Origin: an archaeon
GTDB lineage: Archaea; Iainarchaeota; Iainarchaeia; Iainarchaeales; CSSED10-239
Reading direction: 5' to 3'
DNA length: 64,000 nucleotides
Assembly (NCBI GenBank): GCA_035400625.1
Contig: DAOMZT010000001.1
Span: 28,866 to 92,865, forward strand
A program made the position numbers and the translations under genes. This document shows, piece after piece, positions 31,423-39,532 of this stretch (position 1 is its first letter; each line of letters begins with the position of its first letter). The notes under the pieces were generated by a model that did not search any database, had not been told where the DNA came from, and saw nothing but the letters and a program-made list of their open reading frames with translations.

Positions 31423-31640
31423 ATCCTTCCCATCTCTTTTTTTAAATCAGAAAATTTAATCCCTTTCCCTTCTTTATATTCTTTTCTTGCTTGCGTAACT
31501 TCTTTTAAGTCATCAAGCATTTCCATATGATTTATTTTTTCGGCAAATGCTTTTCTTGCAACTTCACTCCACCTTATTTCAGAATAATTCTTCATTTTAT
31601 CATACATTTCTTGCGAAATACTTAGAGTCATATTTGGCAT
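31419..31640 (-). CDS. ribbon-helix-helix (CopG-like) antitoxin, 73 aa
   Basis: N-terminal beta-strand MTLSISQEMYDKM followed by two helices. Translationally coupled (4-nt overlap) to the RelE-like gene. TATA-like TTTAAATA about 40 nt upstream of ATG. Confidence 0.5.
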   Translation of the reverse strand: MPNMTLSISQEMYDKMKNYSEIRWSEVARKAFAEKINHMEMLDDLKEVTQARKEYKEGKGIKFSDLKKEMGRI

Positions 31641-31787
31641 AGTTTATCACCAAATAAGTTAATAATCAAACAGTTTTTAAATATGTGTAACCGCATAAAC
31701 TACACATTTCTAATTATTATAAATATATTATAGAATTAGTAGTTTAAAAAGCTTTTGAGGGTAGATGTCCAGTGCGAAAAAAGAAAA

Positions 31788-32678
31788 TTACATCGCCTCT
31801 AGTCTTTTGATTCTTTCTTGTATTGGTGGATGAGTGGAGAACAGATTTGACAACCCACCTGATGAAAGAGGATTAGCAATATAAAGATGAGCAGTGCCTT
31901 TACTTGCATTCTTTACTGGCTGATTAAATCCAGAAATCTTTCTTAAAGCACTTGCAAGCCCTTGAGGATATCGTGTTAATTTTCCTGCTGAAGAGTCTGC
32001 AAGATATTCTCTGTTTCTAGATAATGCCATTTGAATAATAAAAGCAATAAGCGGAGCAAGAATAACTAAAACAATTGCAAGAATTAACAAAGGTATATTC
32101 TTATTATCTCGATCTCCACTACCACCATAAATCATCCCTCTTAAAGCAATATCTGAAGTTATTGAAACAATACCAAAAAGAACAGAAACAAAGGTCATAA
32201 CCTGTATATCTCTATTCTGTATATGAGACATCTCATGAGCAATTACTCCCTCTAGTTCTTGCCTATTCATCATCTCTAAAAGACCAGTAGTTACAGCAAT
32301 AGATGAATGCTTTGGATTTCTTCCAGTAGCAAACGCATTTGGAGACTTATCTTCAATTACATAAACTTTAGGTTTTGGTATTCCCGCAGAAAGAGACAAG
32401 CCCTCAACAAGATTAATAAGATAAACATGTTTCTTCTCATCAGCCTCTTTTGCGCCACTTGTTGCTAAAACAATTTTGTCACCTAGAAAATAACCAATAA
32501 TTGCATAAACTATTGCAATAACACCAGCAATAAACAATATTCCAAAACCTGTAAAATTAAAGATGTACTTTATTGCAATGGCAAGTAAAAATATAAATGC
32601 AAAAAAACCAATAAATAAAAATACGGTTTTTAGTTTATTACTATTAATCTCACTAAAAATATCTCTTCTTTCTGCCAT
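31788..32678 (-). CDS. htpX: HtpX-like M48 zinc metalloprotease
   Basis: HEMSHIQNRD HExxH motif with TM helices flanking the catalytic domain. Confidence 0.85.
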   Translation of the reverse strand: MAERRDIFSEINSNKLKTVFLFIGFFAFIFLLAIAIKYIFNFTGFGILFIAGVIAIVYAIIGYFLGDKIVLATSGAKEADEKKHVYLINLVEGLSLSAGIPKPKVYVIEDKSPNAFATGRNPKHSSIAVTTGLLEMMNRQELEGVIAHEMSHIQNRDIQVMTFVSVLFGIVSITSDIALRGMIYGGSGDRDNKNIPLLILAIVLVILAPLIAFIIQMALSRNREYLADSSAGKLTRYPQGLASALRKISGFNQPVKNASKGTAHLYIANPLSSGGLSNLFSTHPPIQERIKRLEAM

Positions 32679-32778
32679 AATTTATCAGTTATTAATCAGT
32701 TGTTTACTATATAATAGATAATAATAACATTTAAAAAGAAATACATCTTAAAAATAATAAGCACAAAATGGAGAGATT

Positions 32779-34164
32779 ATGACAAAAAACAAATATGAAT
32801 ATTATAATCCTGATTTTCAAAAAATTATAGAAAATATTAAAAAAAACAATTTAACAATAAAAGATCTCTCTGAATATTTTCTTAAAAATAACACATCTGA
32901 TAAATCACAAGTAATCAAAGAACTTTTAAGACTAAACAATATTGAAGATATAATATACGGTTCCGAAATAATAGATGAAAAAAAACAACTTCTTTCTAAA
33001 TTTCTAGAAAAAGAATTATCAGATTACATAGTAAATTACTTTATGGGCTATAGACAGCTAACCAAAATATTTGAACAAAGAAATATTGAAGAGATAATAA
33101 TTAATGATTTTGATAAAGTGTTTATTATTGATAGAGAACAAAAAAAGACACTAACAGGGATAAAATTTAAAGAAAAAGAATATGAAAAACTTATTGAAGT
33201 CTTTAAAAACACAGTAAAAAGAGACTTTAAAAAAAGAGAATTTATAGATGGAACTTTACCAGATAGATCAAGATTAAATATTGTCTCAAAAGCAGTTTGT
33301 GATTTTAATGCAATAACTATAAGAAAATTCACAAAAAAACCATTAACTATAATTGATTTAATCAATAATGATGTTATAGACTCTTATACCGCAGCATATC
33401 TTTGGACAGTTATTGAAGGATTTAAAGTAAAACCTGCAAATCTTTTCGTATGTGGCGGTACTGGCTCAGGAAAAACAACTTTTCTAAATGTTTTAATGGA
33501 TTTTATAGATAATAATGAAAGAGTAATATTAATTGAAGACACTGCAGAGTTAGATATTAGCAATTTTAATGATTCTGTTTCTCTTATCTCTGATATCTCT
33601 AATGAAGAGAGCTTATATGAAATAACCATAAATACATTAAGAATGAGACCTGATAGAGTAATTATTGGAGAAGTAAGAGCAAGAGAAGTTCAAGGGTTAT
33701 TTGTTGCAATGGATACTGGCCACGAAGGTTGTATGGCGACATTACATGCAAACAATAGCGAAGATGCAGTCATTAAATTGCTAAACAAACCAATGGACAT
33801 ACCAGAAACGGTTCTCCCACTTCTTGATATAATAATAATTTTAAAAAAGAAATTTTTTTCTGGAAAAACTATAAGAAAACTTTCTCAGATTACTGAAATT
33901 TCAAAAGTAGGAAATATCAATCTTAATAACATTTACAAAGATGAGGAATGCAATGGTTGTTCAGTAGATGTTATGACCTCTCACTTTGCAGAAAAACTTT
34001 GTAATCTTGTAGGCATTTCTAAAAAAGAATTTAAGAGAATAATAGAATATAGGGCTGCATTGTTTGATCAAATCTGTGTGACTAAACCAGACATTTCTAG
34101 AGAAGACCTAAAAATAATATTACACAGCCAAGAATTGGAGTATTTAGAAATATTGAAAAAATAA
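32779..34164 (+). CDS. type II/IV secretion-system ATPase (FlaI/PilB/VirB11-like)
   Basis: Walker A LFVCGGTGSGKTTFLNVL, Asp box VILIEDTAEL, His box RPDRVIIGEVRAREV, and N-terminal domain with DRSRLNIV...ITIRKF. Confidence 0.8.
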   Translation: MTKNKYEYYNPDFQKIIENIKKNNLTIKDLSEYFLKNNTSDKSQVIKELLRLNNIEDIIYGSEIIDEKKQLLSKFLEKELSDYIVNYFMGYRQLTKIFEQRNIEEIIINDFDKVFIIDREQKKTLTGIKFKEKEYEKLIEVFKNTVKRDFKKREFIDGTLPDRSRLNIVSKAVCDFNAITIRKFTKKPLTIIDLINNDVIDSYTAAYLWTVIEGFKVKPANLFVCGGTGSGKTTFLNVLMDFIDNNERVILIEDTAELDISNFNDSVSLISDISNEESLYEITINTLRMRPDRVIIGEVRAREVQGLFVAMDTGHEGCMATLHANNSEDAVIKLLNKPMDIPETVLPLLDIIIILKKKFFSGKTIRKLSQITEISKVGNINLNNIYKDEECNGCSVDVMTSHFAEKLCNLVGISKKEFKRIIEYRAALFDQICVTKPDISREDLKIILHSQELEYLEILKK

Positions 34165-34205
34165 ATATGTTTATTAAATATTAACAAACTATATGGTATA
34201 TAAAG

Positions 34206-34742
34206 GTGATAAAAATGGCATTTAATTTTAAAAACTTATTTAGTACAAAAAACAAAACAATAAGAGAAGAAGAAAATAAAAACTTCAATGCAATTCCAGT
34301 TCTTGAAAAAACAAACAAGATAGATCTTGCAGCAGTTATCTCTAGAAGAAATTTGATGAATGTTGACAAACTAATTGATGTGGCAAAGACAAACGAAGAG
34401 ATAGAAAAATATAAGCAAATGGTTCTTAACTATAAGAAAAAAGGAGCAACAGAAAGACAACTTGAAAACCTAAAACAAAAGATTGAAGAGCTTGTTATTG
34501 AAAGACAAAAGATGGAGGTCTTAATGGAATTATTAAATCAAGATAATCTTGTCAAGACAGCATTTGGAAAGAAAAGACAAGCAGAAATACATAATACTCT
34601 TCTAAACAGATATAAAAGCGGAGAAATGAACCTTATTGATTTTAAAGAAAACCTTGCAGAGTTATCCTTAATTTTAAAATCAAGAACTGATGAAAGAAAC
34701 GAAACACAAAAGCTTGAAGATTTCAATGCTAGATTATATTAG
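34206..34742 (+). CDS. hypothetical coiled-coil protein (178 aa)
   Basis: Charged heptad-rich sequence with no TM. Follows the FlaI-like ATPase. Confidence 0.4.
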   Translation: MIKMAFNFKNLFSTKNKTIREEENKNFNAIPVLEKTNKIDLAAVISRRNLMNVDKLIDVAKTNEEIEKYKQMVLNYKKKGATERQLENLKQKIEELVIERQKMEVLMELLNQDNLVKTAFGKKRQAEIHNTLLNRYKSGEMNLIDFKENLAELSLILKSRTDERNETQKLEDFNARLY

Positions 34743-34744
34743 TT

Positions 34745-35740
34745 TTAGAAAAAATCAGAAATTGAAATTTGGGAAAGATCAGTAATTGGTCTTGACCATA
34801 TACCTAGTTCTTTGTTTATTGTTTTTGAAAACTCGTTTGCAAAGCCGTGCATTGTAAACACTTTTTTTGGGTTTACGGCCTTAACAAAATCTAAAAGATC
34901 CTGATAATCACAATGATCTGAAATTGGAATGCATTTTCCTGAACGATAATGCTTCCAGCCTGTTGCTAAGTAACTTGAAACTTTTCTATTTTGTTGGTGT
35001 TCTAGGCACCTTATTAAATCTCTGTTGATCAGATTCATTGGAACAATCAAGATATTGTGTTCTGAAATATTATGATCTAATAGTTCATATTTACCTAAAG
35101 AAATATTAAAATCCTCATAGATTTTAGAAAATTCAAATGCTTTCTTTGTGACTAGTGGCGTTTCTTTAAGATAATCATTTACAAATCTTATTAGCTCTTG
35201 AGATTTTCCAAGAGAATAAGCACCAATCAATACTAACCTGTTGTTTTTAATATCCTTTGTTATCATCTCTGCAAAGTCCTCATAGACCTGCTCTCTTCTT
35301 GGAAAAGAAAATTCCTTTTTGCCAAATGTTGTTTCTAATATCAGAATGTCTGCTTCTTTTGGTGTTGCTGCTTTTAAGAGAAGAGAGTCCTGCATTTTAA
35401 AATCACCAGTATAAAGAACAGACTTGTCTTTACTCTCTAGATAAAACATCTTACTTCCAAGAATGTGGCCAGCATCAAGAGCAGAAAGGTTAATGTTGTC
35501 TGTTAAATTTAAGGTGTTGCCATTAACAAAAGAATAAGACATTTCTCTTTTTGTGTACAGGTCAATAAATGAGGCTGTTTCTTTTGTTGTAAATATCTTT
35601 TGGTTTGTAATTGAGATGTGATCAGAGTGGCCATGAGTGATTAAACTATAGTCATTAATATTTGTTTCTTTTGTTTGGTCAATATTTGCCTTTTGGTCTT
35701 TATCAATAACTGAAAAACAATTAGAATAGTTTAGAATCAT
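34745..35740 (-). CDS. metallo-beta-lactamase-fold hydrolase
   Basis: HxHxDH motif (ITHGHSDH) and downstream DAGHILGS and TMHG histidines. Confidence 0.6.
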   Translation of the reverse strand: MILNYSNCFSVIDKDQKANIDQTKETNINDYSLITHGHSDHISITNQKIFTTKETASFIDLYTKREMSYSFVNGNTLNLTDNINLSALDAGHILGSKMFYLESKDKSVLYTGDFKMQDSLLLKAATPKEADILILETTFGKKEFSFPRREQVYEDFAEMITKDIKNNRLVLIGAYSLGKSQELIRFVNDYLKETPLVTKKAFEFSKIYEDFNISLGKYELLDHNISEHNILIVPMNLINRDLIRCLEHQQNRKVSSYLATGWKHYRSGKCIPISDHCDYQDLLDFVKAVNPKKVFTMHGFANEFSKTINKELGIWSRPITDLSQISISDFF

Positions 35741-35815
35741 AATACAATAAATAATATCTCAGGATTATTTTATATTGCTTTTGGTTTTTGTTAAAAGCAA
35801 CAAGTATATAAAGAC

Positions 35816-35830
35816 TTTTTTATATAAATT
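35816..35830 (+). promoter_or_regulatory. TATA box TTTTTATATAAATT upstream of tRNA-Trp
   Basis: Centred about 22-25 nt upstream of the tRNA 5' end. Confidence 0.45.
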
Positions 35831-35844
35831 ATATACTACAAAAA

Positions 35845-36013
35845 GGGGATATGGGGTAGTCCGGTTAGCCTAGCGGGCTCCAGATTTTTAAACTTTTTGC
35901 AAGATGTTTCTTTTTAGAAACAGATGATTGAAAGTTACAGGTATGCTAAGAAAACATATTCTTAGAAAAAAAGGAGATACCTGTTGACCTGGGTTCAAAT
36001 CCCAGTATCCCCA
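35845..36013 (+). tRNA. tRNA-Trp (anticodon CCA) with 95-nt intron (35884-35978) at canonical 37/38 position
   Basis: Manual fold: acceptor GGGGATA/TATCCCC+A, D-arm GGGT-AGTCCGGTTA-GCCT, anticodon stem GCGGG/CCTGT (two G-U pairs), loop CU-CCA-G|A, variable TGAC, T-arm CTGGG-TTCAAAT-CCCAG. Exon 1 is 35845-35883, exon 2 is 35979-36013. The intron contains internal hairpins. Confidence 0.6.
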
Positions 36014-36028
36014 AGTATTTTACTTATT

Positions 36029-36484
36029 TTATTTAAAGAAATTTAAAGCAAATCTAGCAAAGCCAAACTTGATTTTCTTAAAGACACCAACAGAACGATA
36101 TCTTATGGTTTTGTCTTTTACTGCTTGTTTAAAATCTTTTACAGGTGTGTTGCTTTTAATTAAATTTTCTATTGTTTGTGGGTCAGTGTCTACAATTAAT
36201 GTTGGATTTACTGTTCCATCAGTAGAATAGGAATCTATTGCTCCTTCTTTCATTACAAGAGTTATGCTTTTTATCTCTGTTCCATAATCTACATTTATTT
36301 GTATCTTTTCATTACCTGCAAACTTTCTTAAAGCTCCTGGCATCTTATCAAGATTGGCATTGTATTGTTCTTTTGCAAACTCTGGGTTGTTAAATAGTTC
36401 ATCAACCATATAACTTTGTGCATAAACTGTTCCCAATAACAAAACTAATGAAAATATTACTGCAATCTTTTTAAAATCAAACAT
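36029..36484 (-). CDS. secreted hypothetical protein (signal peptide)
   Basis: N-terminal MFDFKKIAVIFSLVLLLGTVYAQS signal-like segment. Confidence 0.45.
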   Translation of the reverse strand: MFDFKKIAVIFSLVLLLGTVYAQSYMVDELFNNPEFAKEQYNANLDKMPGALRKFAGNEKIQINVDYGTEIKSITLVMKEGAIDSYSTDGTVNPTLIVDTDPQTIENLIKSNTPVKDFKQAVKDKTIRYRSVGVFKKIKFGFARFALNFFK

Positions 36485-36808
36485 GTTCTTCCTCCTTTTC
36501 TTTTTTCAATTTTAATAATTATTGTTCTTTTTTTTAATAATCATTAAGTATAAAAATATTATAACCGATAAGTTTTAAAAGTATATTAAGAAGCTTTGGA
36601 ACTTGCTCTTGCAAGACGTCCAAAAAATAGTGCGAATTGTTTCTAAAAAATTTCTAAAAAAGGATTTTTACAGAACCTTTTATAAAATCACAATATTTAT
36701 AAACTTTGCACTGGACACCTACCCCCCCGAAAACACCCCCTGTTTGTTTGAACTACATATATTCATCTGCCAATGATATTTTAGAAATTGTGGAGTTGAA
36801 TAATAGCC

Positions 36809-38269
36809 ATGGAGCATAAATTGTGTTTACTTAATAGTAGTTATGAAAAAGACAGGGCAAGAGTGGTTCTCTACTTTGGTAGAGACCCTCTTAATAATAA
36901 CTATGAATTAATACACAAAGCAACATATTATCCATATTTTATTGTAGAGTTAGAAAAAGAGCTAGTATCACAATTGCTTTCTGATTTTAAAAAAGATATT
37001 TCTCTTAAATCCCTAGACAAAAAGACCAAAATTATTGCAAGAGACTTTGAACTACTTTCTAAGTGTTCTAAAATACTTCAACAGGCAACAGGAAAAAATA
37101 TTATTCTAATAGAACCTGAAAGACAGTTTTTAATAAGAAATAATTGGAGTTACTATGATTCCTTTTGCGTTTTTAAAAGGAACATCAGAAAAATAAATAA
37201 TGAAAACCACATACATTTTGCAATAAAAAACTATACAAAAAATTTAAATTATTCTGAGAAAATAAGATTAATAGAGCCACTAACAAAGAAATTAATATTA
37301 AGTAATATCTTAAGGCTAAAACCAGAGACAAATATTAAAAATGATCAAATACTAAATATACTTTTTGAAAATGAGTTTTTCAATAAAGAATTAATATTAA
37401 CAAACACGAATAATTTCTATTACCAGACCAAAGAAAAATTTATTAAAGACCATATTAATCTAGATTTCTCTAATATTTTACCACACCTTTTAACTAAAAA
37501 TTTCAATAATGTTGGTTTTGAAACCATAAATTGTGCTTGCTGCAAACCCCTTTCAACTTTACAAGAGAATGTTATGCCATCATCTCTTGTAGAAGTTGAA
37601 TTTAAAAAATCTGGTTTTTATTTTATTTCTTGTGATGATTATTGGGCAAGAGAATATCATAATAATCACGAACTAAAAGAGAACAGAGAAAACTACAAAA
37701 AGCAAAATGGCTTATTTAAGATGGTTGTTGGCCCTTTCTCTAAAGGGCAAAAAGAGAAAATATTGCTTGCTGATGCTTTAAGGCTTTTAAAAGACAAGGA
37801 TCTAACAATATTAGAAAATCAAACAAACCTTGTCTGGAGCTGTAAAAAACAAGAATCTTTTGTTTCAAAGATAATTAACACTCTTTTTGAAAGACAAAAT
37901 GTAATTGAACAATCAATTAACATTAGCACTCTTGGTAGCTATTCTGTTGGCAATTTTGAAAATTCTAAAGCTCTTGAAACAAACCCTCTTTTCTTACAAT
38001 ATTTAACAGAATATTCGCTTATTAATTCTTTAATTGAAGAAATCCCAAAATTTATGCAAAATAAAAATACTAAGTTTTATTCTTCTACAATAGACAATAT
38101 CCTAAGAAACATAAAATATAATACTCTTGAAAGAGTTACAGAAAATGATGAGACATTAATCATTTCCAAAACAGGTAATTTTCAAATAAAAAATAAAACC
38201 TTGCTTTCAAAAATAAATAGTTCCTTTCAGGAAATGGGGCTACCAATCCCTAGGTTAATCGTTAATTAA
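36809..38269 (+). CDS. family-B DNA polymerase N-terminal-domain-like protein (truncated, possibly inactivated PolB derivative)
   Basis: Residues 1-120 parallel the archaeal PolB N-terminal domain. SSYEKDRARVVLYF matches DYITEDGKPVIRLF, YELIHKATYYPYFIVEL matches FKIEHDRTFRPYIYALL, and IEPERQFLIRNN matches DIPFAKRYLIDKG. No YGDTDS/KxxxNSxYG polymerase motifs. Exo I position reads FAIKN or FENEF instead of FDIET. Confidence 0.4.
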   Translation: MEHKLCLLNSSYEKDRARVVLYFGRDPLNNNYELIHKATYYPYFIVELEKELVSQLLSDFKKDISLKSLDKKTKIIARDFELLSKCSKILQQATGKNIILIEPERQFLIRNNWSYYDSFCVFKRNIRKINNENHIHFAIKNYTKNLNYSEKIRLIEPLTKKLILSNILRLKPETNIKNDQILNILFENEFFNKELILTNTNNFYYQTKEKFIKDHINLDFSNILPHLLTKNFNNVGFETINCACCKPLSTLQENVMPSSLVEVEFKKSGFYFISCDDYWAREYHNNHELKENRENYKKQNGLFKMVVGPFSKGQKEKILLADALRLLKDKDLTILENQTNLVWSCKKQESFVSKIINTLFERQNVIEQSINISTLGSYSVGNFENSKALETNPLFLQYLTEYSLINSLIEEIPKFMQNKNTKFYSSTIDNILRNIKYNTLERVTENDETLIISKTGNFQIKNKTLLSKINSSFQEMGLPIPRLIVN

Positions 38270-38271
38270 AT

Positions 38272-39000
38272 TTAAAAGTCATAAACTTTTTCAGCAGTTA
38301 ATTTATTATATAAAACCAATCTGTGTTTTAGAGTGTTGGATTTATCTTGAACAGTTTCTAATCTTATTTCTCTTAGTCCACCATTTTTCATTATGATATC
38401 ATTTGCTTTCTCTATATTTCTTCTAATTAATTTAAAATTTGGTTTTTTGCTATTTAAGTTTGTTCTTGCATCATATGCAGGCACATAAGCTTTTTTATCA
38501 AGCCAAACACGCCTAAATCCTTTTGCTTCTTTTATAACATTATAAGCCTCTGATTGAGTTTTACCAAAATCAGTATATGGTCGCAAAACTACAACCCCAT
38601 CGACAGGGTCAAAATAAACAACACCTTTATGCTTTAATAGTTCATTATTTGCTAAATTAATATCTTGCTGTTTAACTTTTGAAGGGCCTTTAGAAACCAA
38701 TGGGCTAAAAATACTAAGTACTTCATCTGTGTAAAAACTTTCTAAGTTCTGTGGTTTTTTATTTGTTAATGTTTTTGATTCTGCAATCTTTCTATAATAT
38801 TCTATTTTCGCAGTTTGTTTTGGCTTTACAACTATTTCCCTATATCCACCTACCCCTATAGCACCTGCCAATGCTGCAACAATTAATGTTTTTCTTAGTT
38901 TAGAAAAATTTGGCTTAATAGAGATTTTCCTTCTTGGTGTTGATGTTGATTTTGGTTTCAGTACTTTAATTTTCGTAAATTTTTTAGCCATAATTATCAA
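38272..39000 (-). CDS. membrane-anchored hypothetical protein (N-terminal basic tail + single TM)
   Basis: TM segment LIVAALAGAIGVGGY. No family assigned. Confidence 0.45.
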   Translation of the reverse strand: MIIMAKKFTKIKVLKPKSTSTPRRKISIKPNFSKLRKTLIVAALAGAIGVGGYREIVVKPKQTAKIEYYRKIAESKTLTNKKPQNLESFYTDEVLSIFSPLVSKGPSKVKQQDINLANNELLKHKGVVYFDPVDGVVVLRPYTDFGKTQSEAYNVIKEAKGFRRVWLDKKAYVPAYDARTNLNSKKPNFKLIRRNIEKANDIIMKNGGLREIRLETVQDKSNTLKHRLVLYNKLTAEKVYDF

Positions 39001-39083
39001 TATTGCTTTTTTATCAAATACTGATACAAAGAGTTTATAAACTTGATTTAAAATAAAAGAAAAAGAAAAGTAAGTTATAAAAA

Positions 39084-39362
39084 TTACTTACATAATTTTA
39101 TTTCTATTGCTGATACTTTCATAGGGGTGTTATTCTCTGTAGTTATCTCTTCTGTTGAAATAACAATCTCAGATACCTTGACAGTATTAACAAATTTGTT
39201 TTTTACAATCTCAGCAACATCAACGGCTTTAGAGATGGTCTTACCTCTTGCCTTTATTGTGACATTATCTGTGCCTTGATTAAATTGTGTTATCACTGCT
39301 AATACATAGGACATTGTTCCTTTTTTTCCGATGTATATTGTGTTTCCTTCTATTTCGCTCAT
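39084..39362 (-). CDS. albA: DNA/RNA-binding protein Alba
   Basis: 92 aa, NTIYIGKKGTMSYVLAVITQF...ARGKTISKAVDVAEIVKN matches the Alba core. Confidence 0.8.
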   Translation of the reverse strand: MSEIEGNTIYIGKKGTMSYVLAVITQFNQGTDNVTIKARGKTISKAVDVAEIVKNKFVNTVKVSEIVISTEEITTENNTPMKVSAIEIKLCK

Positions 39363-39532
39363 TGTATATCATCCCCCTTTAAATAGATGTATTTTTGAAT
39401 TATATATTTACATAAACAAAATGTTTAAAAACAGACATTTTTACTGCAAATTTTTAATAAACTAGATATTTATGAATATTAAGCGATTTCAAAAAAAAAT
39501 ACAAATCTATCTTTATAACCCTATCCAAGACA

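Noticed and set aside
35884-35978. C/D box sRNA inside the tRNA-Trp intron
   Set aside because: Only a degenerate C-like box (AGATGATTGA) and no CTGA D box were found. Evidence is insufficient to call an sRNA, so it is left as a question in the findings.
31759-36724. Integrated provirus or plasmid between the inverted repeats
   Set aside because: Gene content (htpX, secretion ATPase, MBL hydrolase, tRNA) shows no integrase, capsid or replication genes, so a mobile element cannot be asserted. Only the repeat pair is reported.
36500-36808. Structured ncRNA (RNase P or SRP RNA) in the 325-nt GC-containing spacer upstream of the PolB-like gene
   Set aside because: It contains C-runs and an ACAGAA-like string, but none of the paired conserved regions (P4, domain IV) could be reconstructed by eye.
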